64,000 nt of DNA from Verrucomicrobiia bacterium. GTDB lineage: Bacteria > Verrucomicrobiota > Verrucomicrobiia > Limisphaerales > Palsa-1400. Each line of letters begins with the position of its first letter. The stretch's first letter is position 1. Below, piece by piece: positions 9,101-17,845 of the stretch. The stretch is taken from assembly GCA_036501665.1 (NCBI GenBank), contig DASXZW010000063.1, forward strand, positions 8,214-72,213, in the 5' to 3' direction. The position numbers and the translations under genes are program-made. The notes beneath the pieces were generated by a model. That model was not told where the DNA came from. It saw only the letters and a program-made list of their open reading frames with translations, and ran no database searches.

Positions 9101-9202
9101 CGGCACCTGGGCGCGCGCCAGAGCCGGCGCGATTGCCAAACAGAACAAAACCGCGCGGCCATATTGTCGGAATTGATAACTAATCATAGTGAGTTGTTTC
9201 AC
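6143..9202 (-). CDS. PVC-type heme-binding CxxCH protein (membrane-bound dehydrogenase domain, HEAT repeats, C-terminal cytochrome c)
   Basis: It has a signal peptide and an N-terminal galactose-binding-like domain. The central propeller-like region includes DGALYFTTGGRG, followed by HEAT-like repeats. The C-terminal region contains the CILCHRFG...GPEL heme motif. Confidence 0.85.
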   Translation of the reverse strand: MKQLTMISYQFRQYGRAVLFCLAIAPALARAQVPQWIWTSSNNESTTKEVRYFRKTFTAKDGLIQSRIAFSGDDKAEVFINGSRVGTVDDWKKPKYVDVTRRIVPGQNVIAVRCENEQSTAGLILRLQMTMPTTGAAHQEYNPKAHAGLQWNDTLITDSSWVFSNDKPGTNWTKVNFDDSSWHHAVSVAKLGDQPWGDIFVAPQATPLKSITVEPGFKLELLHSADVTEGSWISMAIDPLGRFIISPQSEGKLLRITVSPKGVEQIERIDQPVTSAMGLLYVDNCLYVDGDGPQGHGVYRLRAKGDLFEAPEFLRAFNDGGEHGPHDMVLGPEHKLYMVNGNFTHLPKDLLASSPHHNYADDQLLQRAEDGNGFGAGMMPPGGHVLRMDMNAKNVELFAAGTRNTYAIGFSPEGELFGFDSDMEWDWGTAWYRPTRVNLWVPGGDYGFHEGSGKFPPYYEDTLPALVNVGLGSPTGVMFGTRSDFPKPYKDAFWMEDWSYGRLFAVHLTPNGASYHASVETVLRGTPLNLTGLQFGNDGALYFTTGGRGIESGLYRLTYVGGKYVEPRKTPGQLADEAAGKQGRRLRHDLESLYGERDPRIVDAVWSSLGSDDRWIRYAARIALEWQDVQWWKSRALAESDPETGMIALLALARIGGPETQRPLLNALKKFPFTGMDKQLELLKLRVLEVSFARQGEPETEQATPLVAELDPMYPADDFNVNRELCQLLLYLKAPDAIGKTLALLDKAPTQEEQTYYVLRLRNIVDGWTLDQQKDYLSWFKKDHEKAGHPADILQFFKDVTRDYSDGSSFPTFIKNFRNEFVQNLSPSDQIALVDYLPKDTDSTGPKISKSKFVKAWTVEDLQPDIDQAKSGRSFAKGKAAYTQAQCILCHRFGSSGGSVGPELAAVGSRLSPHDVLESIIEPSKVVSELYQNTIIETKDGDVKTGRIVEENAQKIVLMTEPIKGTKVEIQKSDIQSRRLSKVSPMPDGLVNSMTESEIWDLVAYLETGGKRNNPAFKK

Positions 9203-9249
9203 AGGCTGTTATGCGGACGAAAAATGGGCAAGCCGAATTCAGAAAATTA

Positions 9250-10206
9250 TTACGACACCCCTTCAGTTCCCTGGACGAGCGGTTCCAGCAGTTTTCGGGA
9301 AATCAGCAGCCCGGTGTCTTCAAGCTGCAAGCCGCCATTGTAATTGCGATAAACCGGATCGTGGCGTCCCTCGACATTTAAATCGGAATCGTAACCGGCG
9401 CGCACAAGGGCGTGGACGATTTCTACCCAGTTCGATTGCCCCAGCCCGGGAAAACGATGTTCCGCAACACCAGGATGGCAGATTCCGTAAGTTTCCAACA
9501 GCGGATGGTTGATGAACGCGTCCTTTGCGTGAACGTGAAAAATGCGCCGACCGAATTTGCGAACATTCTCCACCGGATCAATAAACTGGCAGACCAAGTG
9601 CGCCGCATCCCATTCCAAACCGATGTTCTCGCACTGGGTCGAGTTGAAAAAACGTTCCCACATCGCCGGTTGCCCGAAAATATTGTAGTGCATGATCGGC
9701 AAATGCCACGCGCCTTGCGGGCAATGCTCCAACGCAATCCGCGCGCCTCGCTCAGCGGCGTAACGCGCCAGCGGTTCCCAAAATGCAACAATCCTTGGCA
9801 GATAATCCTCTAACGGTTTATAGACAGGATTTCCGCCGCGGTCGTTCATTTCCGCTTCGATGACCGCGCCTGCGAACGACGAAACTGTTTTCACGCCGAT
9901 ATGCCCGGCGATGTCGATGGCCCGCCGGATCGTGGCTGCGGCGTATTCAGTTTGTTTCGGGTCGAGCGGGTTTCGGTAATACGCCCCGATTGCTGAGACG
10001 CGAATCCCCCGGCTTTTTGCATCAGCTGAGAACTTTTCGGCAATCGACTTCCAATCGCTGTGAGGCTGGGCGGCGGGAGATTCCGGGAACGCCATCCATT
10101 GCATCGACCGAAAGCCCAATCTTTGGACCATGGCCAACTCATCGCACTTGCATGTCATGCCAACGCGCACGGTTGCCAAGAATGCCGTCCATCGCGCAAA
10201 CTTCAA
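9250..10206 (-). CDS. sugar phosphate isomerase/epimerase (xylose isomerase-like TIM barrel)
   Basis: The segments GARIALEHCP and IFHVHAKD are typical of this TIM-barrel family. The family is a common neighbour of PVC heme-binding dehydrogenases. The start codon is uncertain. Confidence 0.7.
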   Translation of the reverse strand: MKFARWTAFLATVRVGMTCKCDELAMVQRLGFRSMQWMAFPESPAAQPHSDWKSIAEKFSADAKSRGIRVSAIGAYYRNPLDPKQTEYAAATIRRAIDIAGHIGVKTVSSFAGAVIEAEMNDRGGNPVYKPLEDYLPRIVAFWEPLARYAAERGARIALEHCPQGAWHLPIMHYNIFGQPAMWERFFNSTQCENIGLEWDAAHLVCQFIDPVENVRKFGRRIFHVHAKDAFINHPLLETYGICHPGVAEHRFPGLGQSNWVEIVHALVRAGYDSDLNVEGRHDPVYRNYNGGLQLEDTGLLISRKLLEPLVQGTEGVS

Positions 10207-10285
10207 GGTTCAATGACGTTGGAGCGTCAGGAAACGATTGACAACGGTTCCTTTGCGGCACGACTTTATTGGAGTTGTTCCAATT

Positions 10286-12073
10286 ATGAAAATCCATGCG
10301 GCGGGAATTTTTTTGCTGGCGACTGGCTTATTGAGCTTGGTGCCCGTGGCGCATTCTGAAGATGCCGTCGCCGCGACGATTCGTGAAGCAAATCAATGGC
10401 GGGCCGAACATCGTTTGATAGACCTGCACCAGCATCTTGATTACACGCCGGAATATCTGGCCCGCGCGATCAAGGTCATGGATGCTTCCGGCATCGGCCT
10501 TGGAATCGACTTGACTCCAGGCACGGTGACACATGAAAGCGGCGGGCAGCCAAGCGAATTTGAAACCCACAAAAAAATGGAGGACAGCCTTTTCCCAAGT
10601 CGATGGGTGCAATACATGAATCTGGATTACAAGGATTGGGACAAACCGGATTTCGCGCAAGAAGCCGTCCGTCAAGTTGAGGAAGGCCACCGTCTCGGCG
10701 CGGCCGGTTACAAGGAGTGGAAACGCTTCGGCCTTTTCCTGCGCGACGGCAAGGGCAAGTTGATCCGCATCGACGATACCCGTCTTGACCCGATGTGGGA
10801 ACGGCTCGGCGAATTGAAGATGCCGATCTCAATCCACGTCGGCGATCCGAAGGCTTTTTTTGAACCTTACAATGACAAAAACGAGCGATGGGAGGAATTG
10901 CGCGACCACAAAAGCTGGTGGTTCGGCGACACGAATGTTTACCCGCCCTGGAAGGATTTGCTCGAAGCGCTGAACAGGGTGATCGGACGCCATCCGAACA
11001 CGACGTTTGTTTGCGTGCATTTTGCGAACAATGCGGAGGAGCTCGACTGGGTCGCCGATTCGATGACGCGGCATCCGAATATGTATGTCGATCTGGCGGC
11101 GCGAATTCCTGAAATTGGCCGGCACGATCCGCGCAAAGTCCACGATCTTTTCGTAAAATTCCAGGACCGCATCATTTTCGGCACCGATTTTCAATCATTG
11201 GAAAGCCGGATGATTCTCGGCTCCAGCGGAAGCGAGCCGCCGCCGAGCGTTGCGGACGCGGAGGTTTTTTTTCGCAAGGAATATCGCTGGCTTGAAACCT
11301 GGGACAAAAATTGGCCCAACATGACTCCGATTCAAGGAAAATGGAACATCAGCTCCATCGGATTGCCGCCGTCGGTCTTGCGCAAAATTTATTTTGACAA
11401 CGCTCGCAAGCTGCTGGCGCGGTCGTTGCCAACGCCCATTCTTCAGGCCCGCCGGACGACGCGGGACTTCGTGCCGGATGCGGACCCATCGCGAGAACTT
11501 TGGCAGACAGTCGAGCCGGTTGTCGTAGATTGCGACTCCGGTGACGGTTCCGCCATGCCAGATGTTTCTACAAAAGTGCGCGCCCTTTGGTCCAAAGAAT
11601 TCCTTTACCTGCGATTTGATTGTCCGTTCACAAAATTGACGACTTTCGATGCCCGCAATCAAAACGGCGAACGCGCGCATTTCGGCCAGCCGGACGCGAG
11701 TCTTTGGGATCGCGATGTCGTGGAGGCGTTTATCGGCTCCGATGCGGACAATATCCGGCAATACAGGGAATTCGAAATCGCGCCGACAAACGAAAAACTC
11801 GACGTAAACGTCAACCTGCCGGAGCTCGATACGGCGTGGTCAAGCGGTTTTGAATCGGCGGTTCGAGTGGATGAATCGACGAAACAATGGATTTGCGAAA
11901 TGCGTGTTCCGCTCTCATCGATCGGGCAGACTGCGCCGCAGGAAGGAAATCGTTGGCGGCTGAACTTGTATCGTTGCGACCGCGCGCACCACGCGCAGAT
12001 CGCCTGGCGCCCGACGTTGCAAGGGTCTTTCCATACGCCGGAACGATTCGGAATTCTCGAATTTACTGAATAA
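10286..12073 (+). CDS. secreted amidohydrolase family protein with C-terminal carbohydrate-binding family 9-like domain
   Basis: The signal peptide starts at MKIHAAGIFLLATGLLSLVPVAHS. IDLHQHLDY is a metal-binding HxH motif. The C-terminal segment EFEIAPTNEKLDVNV...GNRWRLNLYRCD is CBM9/DOMON-like. Confidence 0.7.
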   Translation: MKIHAAGIFLLATGLLSLVPVAHSEDAVAATIREANQWRAEHRLIDLHQHLDYTPEYLARAIKVMDASGIGLGIDLTPGTVTHESGGQPSEFETHKKMEDSLFPSRWVQYMNLDYKDWDKPDFAQEAVRQVEEGHRLGAAGYKEWKRFGLFLRDGKGKLIRIDDTRLDPMWERLGELKMPISIHVGDPKAFFEPYNDKNERWEELRDHKSWWFGDTNVYPPWKDLLEALNRVIGRHPNTTFVCVHFANNAEELDWVADSMTRHPNMYVDLAARIPEIGRHDPRKVHDLFVKFQDRIIFGTDFQSLESRMILGSSGSEPPPSVADAEVFFRKEYRWLETWDKNWPNMTPIQGKWNISSIGLPPSVLRKIYFDNARKLLARSLPTPILQARRTTRDFVPDADPSRELWQTVEPVVVDCDSGDGSAMPDVSTKVRALWSKEFLYLRFDCPFTKLTTFDARNQNGERAHFGQPDASLWDRDVVEAFIGSDADNIRQYREFEIAPTNEKLDVNVNLPELDTAWSSGFESAVRVDESTKQWICEMRVPLSSIGQTAPQEGNRWRLNLYRCDRAHHAQIAWRPTLQGSFHTPERFGILEFTE

Positions 12074-12091
12074 GTTGCGAGTCAAATAGCC

Positions 12092-13441
12092 ATGACTATT
12101 TCGGCTACCACTCTTATGAAGAAGAATGACAAGCCGAACAAGTTTCCGCGTCGCGCGTTCGTGCGCAACGTTGCGGCGCTTGGGCTGATTCCGCTGACGC
12201 AATCGACCGTTCACGCGGAAGAAACCAATCAAGCCATCGCGCCAGAAGCAGCACAGGCTTGGCCGCACCAAGACGATCCCGATTATTGGTCATTTATACG
12301 ACAGCAATTCTGCATCCCGCCGGACGAAGCTTACTTCAACACTGGCACACTCGGCGCTCGCCCCCACGCGGTGTTGAACGCGGTTATTGAAAGCATGCGC
12401 GAAACGGAGCGGACCATCGCGGAGTATGACTACCGTTCCGAGCATACAGAATATATTGTTGGCTATCGCGCGCAGGAGGAATTGCGGAAAAAAGCCGGTG
12501 GCCTCATCAACGCAAGCGGCGGAGAAATTGCGCTGGTGCAGAACGCCACGATGGCCATCAATTTTATCGCCAACGGACTTGAACTAAAACCCGGCGACGA
12601 AGTATTGCTCACCAATCAGGAACATCCCGGTTCCGAAGGCCCGTGGAATCTCCGCGCAAAACGACAGGGCATTGTCGTCAGGAAATTGCCGATTCCCATT
12701 CCGACGCCGGACCCGCAGACTGTCATAAAGATTTTTTCCGACGCCATCGGTCCGCGCACGAAGGTGATCGCCGTTCACCATGTTATCAGCCATTACGGGA
12801 TTGTCATGCCGGTGCAGGAGCTTTGCGCGCTCGCGGCGAAAAATGGCATTTTCAGTTTGATTGATGGAGCGCAGGCGCTCGGTCAATTGCGCGTGGATGT
12901 CAAGAAGATCGGCTGCGACGCCTACGCCGCCAGCCCGCACAAATGGCTCCTTGCGCCGCCCGGCACCGGCCTGCTTTACGTGCGCGAAGGGCGCGAAAAG
13001 GATATTTGGGCGACTCTGGCCAGCGCGCACTGGGACGATTACGCGCCGGAGAGCGGCCTTTATCGCCTGATGCAATACGGCACTGGCAACAAGGCTTTGC
13101 AGGATGGATTGGATGCGGCGATTGATTTTTATCTGCGCGTTGGCCCCGAAAGAATCGAGAAGCGCACCGTTGCGCTCGCGGACCAATTGCGAAAGGGCCT
13201 CCAGGAGATCAAAGGAGTGACGATCTATTCGCCAACTCATCCCGAACTGGCGGGGGCAATTGTCAATTATGGAATTGCGGGCGTCACCGGCTGGGATTTG
13301 CAGGACGCGATGTGGAACCGGAAAAAATACCGCGTCCGCGCCGGCGGCCCCAGCGTCCGCCATTCCGTGCATTACTACAACAGCCCGGAAGAAATCGCCG
13401 GAACGCTGGAAGTCGTAAGAGCGTTGGCTCCGCGCGCTTGA
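12092..13441 (+). CDS. Tat-exported aminotransferase class V-fold PLP-dependent enzyme
   Basis: It has a twin-arginine leader (FPRRAFVRNVAALGL). ASPHKWLLAPPGTGLLYV is the PLP-lysine motif. Confidence 0.8.
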   Translation: MTISATTLMKKNDKPNKFPRRAFVRNVAALGLIPLTQSTVHAEETNQAIAPEAAQAWPHQDDPDYWSFIRQQFCIPPDEAYFNTGTLGARPHAVLNAVIESMRETERTIAEYDYRSEHTEYIVGYRAQEELRKKAGGLINASGGEIALVQNATMAINFIANGLELKPGDEVLLTNQEHPGSEGPWNLRAKRQGIVVRKLPIPIPTPDPQTVIKIFSDAIGPRTKVIAVHHVISHYGIVMPVQELCALAAKNGIFSLIDGAQALGQLRVDVKKIGCDAYAASPHKWLLAPPGTGLLYVREGREKDIWATLASAHWDDYAPESGLYRLMQYGTGNKALQDGLDAAIDFYLRVGPERIEKRTVALADQLRKGLQEIKGVTIYSPTHPELAGAIVNYGIAGVTGWDLQDAMWNRKKYRVRAGGPSVRHSVHYYNSPEEIAGTLEVVRALAPRA

Positions 13442-13720
13442 CGGATTTTTTTGTAGGTAAGAAACAAGTTTAACTGTCGCGAACTGACATAGGCGTTTGT
13501 GACAACTGCACAATGCCTGCTTGACACCAACTGAAAGAAGCTTTCAGAGGTTAGGAATTTCGCGCACCTTCGGTGCATAGAAGGGCCGCTCTAAGGCCAA
13601 TTGGCTGCTTGATTTCTCGATCGACCGGGGAATTCTGTATTTGAACATATCGAGAGCGGGTAGAATTAAATCGGAAATCGGGTGTTTGGGCTTGAACCGG
13701 TCCGCGACAACAATGATAGT

Positions 13721-13927
13721 ATGCCAATGAGCAGCGTTAAGGAGATCGAGTCTGCGCTTGCCCGGCTTTCGCTGGATGATTTGCAGGCCGTCCGCGCCTG
13801 GCTGGACGATTTCGTCGAGGAGCAGTTGGAGGTTAGCGACGAATTCAAATTGAAAATTGAACGCGCCAGACAGGAGATTGCAAGCGGAGTGCATTCGCGC
13901 GCGCGCAAGCCCGAACCTGGGAAGTGA
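13721..13927 (+). CDS. putative antitoxin of the RelE/ParE module
   Basis: A small acidic ORF (MPMSSVKEIESALARLSLDDLQAVRAWLDDF) whose stop overlaps the toxin start as GTGA. Confidence 0.6.
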   Translation: MPMSSVKEIESALARLSLDDLQAVRAWLDDFVEEQLEVSDEFKLKIERARQEIASGVHSRARKPEPGK

Positions 13928-14184
13928 GCGCGGCGCTCCAGATTTATTCTCGCGATTTCGATGCCGACTACTTCAAGCTCCCGGCCTCTGTTCAGGCCAG
14001 AATCGAATCCGCCATCGACCGGCTGGGAACCTCCCTCAATACCCATCCGCATCATCGCATGAAGGGAGTGGATGCTTTTCGATTGCGAGTCGGCGACTAC
14101 CGTGTGATCTATGACTTTGATCGCGAAAAAGGCGTCCTTCACCTGTTGGGTGTAGGGCATCGGCGCGAAGTTTATCGAAGGTAG
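13924..14184 (+). CDS. type II toxin-antitoxin system RelE/ParE family toxin
   Basis: FRLRVGDYRVIYDFDREKGVLHLLGVGHRREVYR is the classic RelE C-terminal pattern. Confidence 0.8.
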   Translation: MSAALQIYSRDFDADYFKLPASVQARIESAIDRLGTSLNTHPHHRMKGVDAFRLRVGDYRVIYDFDREKGVLHLLGVGHRREVYRR

Positions 14185-14316
14185 CGAGCCGATGTCAGTT
14201 CTTGACATTTATACTGTTTGACATGCAGCAACTTGAAGGGCCGTTCCGCGTCCAGACCGGCTGCGTTCACTGGACGTTATTGAACTCTTCCAATCCTCCC
14301 GCGAGAAAAACTTCTG

Positions 14317-14394
14317 ATCGCGAACGACGAGAAAGACGCGAAAAGCACATAAGAAAACTTTCCCATTCGCGTTTTTCGCGTGGTTCGCGGTATC
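14317..14394. repeat. imperfect intergenic palindrome built from CGCGAAC/CGCGAAAA units
   Basis: CGCGAAC (14320-26) pairs with GTTCGCG (14383-89). CGCGAAAA (14337-44) pairs with TTTTCGCG (14373-80). Confidence 0.4.
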
Positions 14395-14460
14395 CCACTT
14401 GATACAGTGCAAGGCTTTCGGGGAATTTCCGAGGGAATTTCGTTGCGCCAAATGTGAAAT

Positions 14461-17400
14461 GTGAGCACTGTTTTGCTCTCTAGCACTGTGAAAAAAATTT
14501 ATTTCAAAGGGCCTTGCGCCGCGATTGTCGCGCTGGGCGTTACGTTGACCGTTCCCCAATCGCTTCGCGCCGCTGATCATAATGCGACGCCGCACAATTT
14601 CGGTTTGGACGCGGCCAAAGAATCGCTGAAACGCCTTCACACCCCGGACGGATTGGAAGTCACGCTCTTCGCCGCCGAGCCGCTTGTCAAGAATCCCACT
14701 GACATGGACATCGACGAGCGCGGTCGCGTCTGGATCACCGAAGGCGTCAATTACCGCTCTTCGTTTCAACCGTGGGGAATTCTCGATCCAGCTGGAGACA
14801 AGATCGTCGTTCTCGAAGACACTGATGGTGACGGCATGGCCGACAAAGTCACGACGTTTTACCAGGGGCCGGAAATCAACGCCGCGCTGGGCATTTGCGT
14901 TCTGGGAAACAAGGTTGTTGTCTCGCGTTCGCCGGACGTTTTCGTGTTCACCGACACCGACGGTGACGGGAAAGCGGACACGAAGGAAATTCTTTTCACC
15001 GGCATTTCGGGCGTCGATCACGATCACGGCGTCCACGCGATGAGTTTTGGGCCGGATGGAAAACTCTATTTCAATTTCGGCAACGCCGGCGAACAGATCA
15101 AGGACAAGAACGGCAAACCGATTATTGACATGGCTGGCAACGAAATCAATAACACCGGCCATCCATATCGCCAGGGAATGGTTTTTCGCTGCAATGTCGA
15201 TGGCAGCGACATGGAAGTTCTTGCGAATAATTTCCGCAATCCATACGAGGTCGCAGTCGATTCCTTTGGGACACTTTGGCAATCCGACAATGACGACGAT
15301 GGCAATCGCGGTGTGCGCGTAAATTACGTCATGGAGTACGGTAATTTTGGTTATACGGACGAAATGACGGGCGCGGGCTGGGGCGAGCCTCGCAGTAATA
15401 TAGAGCCGGAAATTCCCCGACGGCATTGGCACTTGAATGATCCCGGGACCATTCCAAATTTATTGATGACTGGCGCGGGCGCGCCGACGGGAATTTTGGT
15501 TTACGAAGGTTTGCTGTTGCCTGAACCGTATCGGAACCAGCTCATACTTTGCGATGCTGGCGCGCGCGTAGTTCGCTCGATCCCGGTCAAGGCGGACGGC
15601 GCGGGTTATAAGCCGGAAAACATTGATCTTCTTTCAACGCCGGACACCTGGTTTCGGCCTTCGGACGTTTGCACTGCGCCGGACGGCTCGGTTTACGTTT
15701 GCGATTGGAACGATCCCGGAGTTGGAGGGCACGACATGGGCGACCGCGATCCTGACACAATGACTGGGCGCGTTTATCGTCTTGCGCCGCCGGGAGTTAA
15801 GCCGTCCGCGCCTGCGCTCGACCTCCACACCGCCGCCGGATGCGCGAAAGCCCTGCAATCCCCCAACCTCTCGACCCGTTATCTCGCATACACCGCGTTG
15901 AAGTCGATGCAAAGCGATGCGGACGGTGAGTTGATGAAAATGTGGAATGACAATCCGAATCCGCGCATGCGTTCGCGCGCGCTGTTCCTGATGGCGCAAC
16001 GTCCCGACGGCGCGGCGAAGTCGGTCGCCCTTGCTTTGAAAGACCAGGATTCCGATCTCCGCATCGCCGGACTGCGCATCGCCGAGGAACAAAAGCTGGA
16101 TGTCATCCCAGTGGTCAAATCTCTTATTGACGACCCCTCGCCGCAAGTTCGCCGCGAATGCGCCATCGCGCTTCGCCACAATGAATCGTCCGAAGCGCCG
16201 GAACTTTGGGCGGCGCTTGCGCGAAAGCACGACGGGCAGGACCGTTGGTATCTGGAAGCGCTGGGAATCGGCGCGGACAAGCAGGAGGAAAAATTTTTGG
16301 ACGCGTGGCTCAGCTCCGTCGGCAACAATTGGAACACGCCTGGCGGTCGGGACATTATTTGGCGCTCGCGCGCGCCGAAGGCTGCCTCGCTTCTTGCAAA
16401 GATCATCGAAGATCCGGCCACGCCTCAGACTGATCGCCTGCACTATTTCCGCGCGTTCGACTTCATCAAGGGCCTGGAGAAAACTGCCGCGCTGGATGAA
16501 TTGCTGATCGCGAACGCTCACAATGCTTCCGCGCCCGGGCACGATGAAATTGCGTTCGAGTCTTTGACCCGTTTGAAAGGGGTTGATACAGAGACTCATC
16601 CTGAAATCAAGACGGCGTTGAACGCGACGCTCGCCTCAATGCGCGGTTCGCCGGGGTTTGTCGATATCGTGCAGGATTTTGGATTGCGCGATCAGGAACC
16701 AGGACTACTGGAAGTCGCGCTCAATCACCCCAACGACGAAGCCGGCGCAAAAGCCATGCGCGTTGTGCTCGGCGGCAATCTTGAGCCGTTGCAAACCGCG
16801 ATGCGCGATACGAATTCCGCTGTCAAACTCGCCGAAGCGCTCGGAAATACCCGGGACAAACGCAGTGTGGCCGTTCTGATGCCGCTGCTCAACGAACCCC
16901 AGGAAGGCGCTGTCGTGCGCCGCCAGGCGGTCCGCTCGCTTTCACAAATTCGCGAAGGCGCTCAGGATTTGCTCCAATTGGCAAAGGAAAACAAGTTGCC
17001 CGACGACGTGAAATTCATCGCGACAACGGAACTCAACCGCGTTCGCTGGCAGGACGTACGCAGGGAAGCGGCGCTGGTCTTGCCATTGCCAAAAGGTCGC
17101 GACTCGCAACCGCTCCCTCCTCTCGGGGATCTGACTAAACGCCACGGTGATGCTGCGCACGGAGCGAGCATTTTCGCGCGCGTGGATGTTCAGTGCGTCA
17201 CCTGTCACCGCATCAATGAAAAAGGCGCGGACGTAGGCCCGGCGCTGTCGGAAATTGGCGCAAAACTTGGCAAGGACGCGCTTTACGAAGCTATTCTTGA
17301 CCCCAGCGCTGGCATCGAAGTCGGTTATGAAGCATGGCAAATTACTCTGAAATCCGGTGATGATATCGTGGGAATTATCAAGAGCGAAACCGACGACGAG

Positions 17401-17598
17401 ATCACCATCAAGGACGCAAAAGCCTTGGCGACAAACATTAAAAAATCGGACATCCAAAGCCGCCGGAAGTTGAAGAAGTCGCTGATGCCCGATGGACTCC
17501 AGCAAAACCTTTCGACGCAAGACCTCGTCGATTTGGTCGAGTATTTATCCTCGCTGAAGAAGGCAACTGTCCAACACGCGGCAAACGACGTGAAATAG
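14461..17598 (+). CDS. PVC-type heme-binding CxxCH protein (membrane-bound dehydrogenase domain, HEAT repeats, C-terminal cytochrome c)
   Basis: It contains GRVWITEGVNY, DGKLYFNFGN and HEAT repeats (DPSPQVRRECAIALR). The C-terminal heme motif is CVTCHRINEKGADVGPAL. It is a paralog of 6143..9202. Confidence 0.85.
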   Translation: MSTVLLSSTVKKIYFKGPCAAIVALGVTLTVPQSLRAADHNATPHNFGLDAAKESLKRLHTPDGLEVTLFAAEPLVKNPTDMDIDERGRVWITEGVNYRSSFQPWGILDPAGDKIVVLEDTDGDGMADKVTTFYQGPEINAALGICVLGNKVVVSRSPDVFVFTDTDGDGKADTKEILFTGISGVDHDHGVHAMSFGPDGKLYFNFGNAGEQIKDKNGKPIIDMAGNEINNTGHPYRQGMVFRCNVDGSDMEVLANNFRNPYEVAVDSFGTLWQSDNDDDGNRGVRVNYVMEYGNFGYTDEMTGAGWGEPRSNIEPEIPRRHWHLNDPGTIPNLLMTGAGAPTGILVYEGLLLPEPYRNQLILCDAGARVVRSIPVKADGAGYKPENIDLLSTPDTWFRPSDVCTAPDGSVYVCDWNDPGVGGHDMGDRDPDTMTGRVYRLAPPGVKPSAPALDLHTAAGCAKALQSPNLSTRYLAYTALKSMQSDADGELMKMWNDNPNPRMRSRALFLMAQRPDGAAKSVALALKDQDSDLRIAGLRIAEEQKLDVIPVVKSLIDDPSPQVRRECAIALRHNESSEAPELWAALARKHDGQDRWYLEALGIGADKQEEKFLDAWLSSVGNNWNTPGGRDIIWRSRAPKAASLLAKIIEDPATPQTDRLHYFRAFDFIKGLEKTAALDELLIANAHNASAPGHDEIAFESLTRLKGVDTETHPEIKTALNATLASMRGSPGFVDIVQDFGLRDQEPGLLEVALNHPNDEAGAKAMRVVLGGNLEPLQTAMRDTNSAVKLAEALGNTRDKRSVAVLMPLLNEPQEGAVVRRQAVRSLSQIREGAQDLLQLAKENKLPDDVKFIATTELNRVRWQDVRREAALVLPLPKGRDSQPLPPLGDLTKRHGDAAHGASIFARVDVQCVTCHRINEKGADVGPALSEIGAKLGKDALYEAILDPSAGIEVGYEAWQITLKSGDDIVGIIKSETDDEITIKDAKALATNIKKSDIQSRRKLKKSLMPDGLQQNLSTQDLVDLVEYLSSLKKATVQHAANDVK

Positions 17599-17845
17599 TA
17601 AATTACCAGAGCTTCTGATTCCAGACATGGGAATACTGTGGTCGGATTAAATTCCTGCTGTAAAGCGGCAGAGGGCTGGCGCATTCCATACGCTGCGCGC
17701 ATTATTTCCATCTTTATCATTCGGCTGGTTTCGCTTCGTTGCCCGCCAAGCCGAACTGCACACCTCGCGAAAACCGCCTTGACTTTATCCTCAAATTCAC
17801 ACACTTTGGACCGCGTCGTTTTCTGTGATTAGGAAAACGTTAACC

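Noticed and set aside
12584-13513. A 309-aa minus-strand ORF.
   Set aside because: It is antisense to the class V aminotransferase-fold gene, which has a clear PLP motif.
14209-15432. A 407-aa minus-strand ORF.
   Set aside because: It is entirely antisense to the well-supported heme-binding dehydrogenase gene (14461..17598) and runs through the palindrome. It has no recognisable motifs and is a GC-rich shadow ORF.
15634-16599. A 321-aa minus-strand ORF.
   Set aside because: It is antisense to the HEAT-repeat region of 14461..17598 and has Arg-rich shadow-frame composition.
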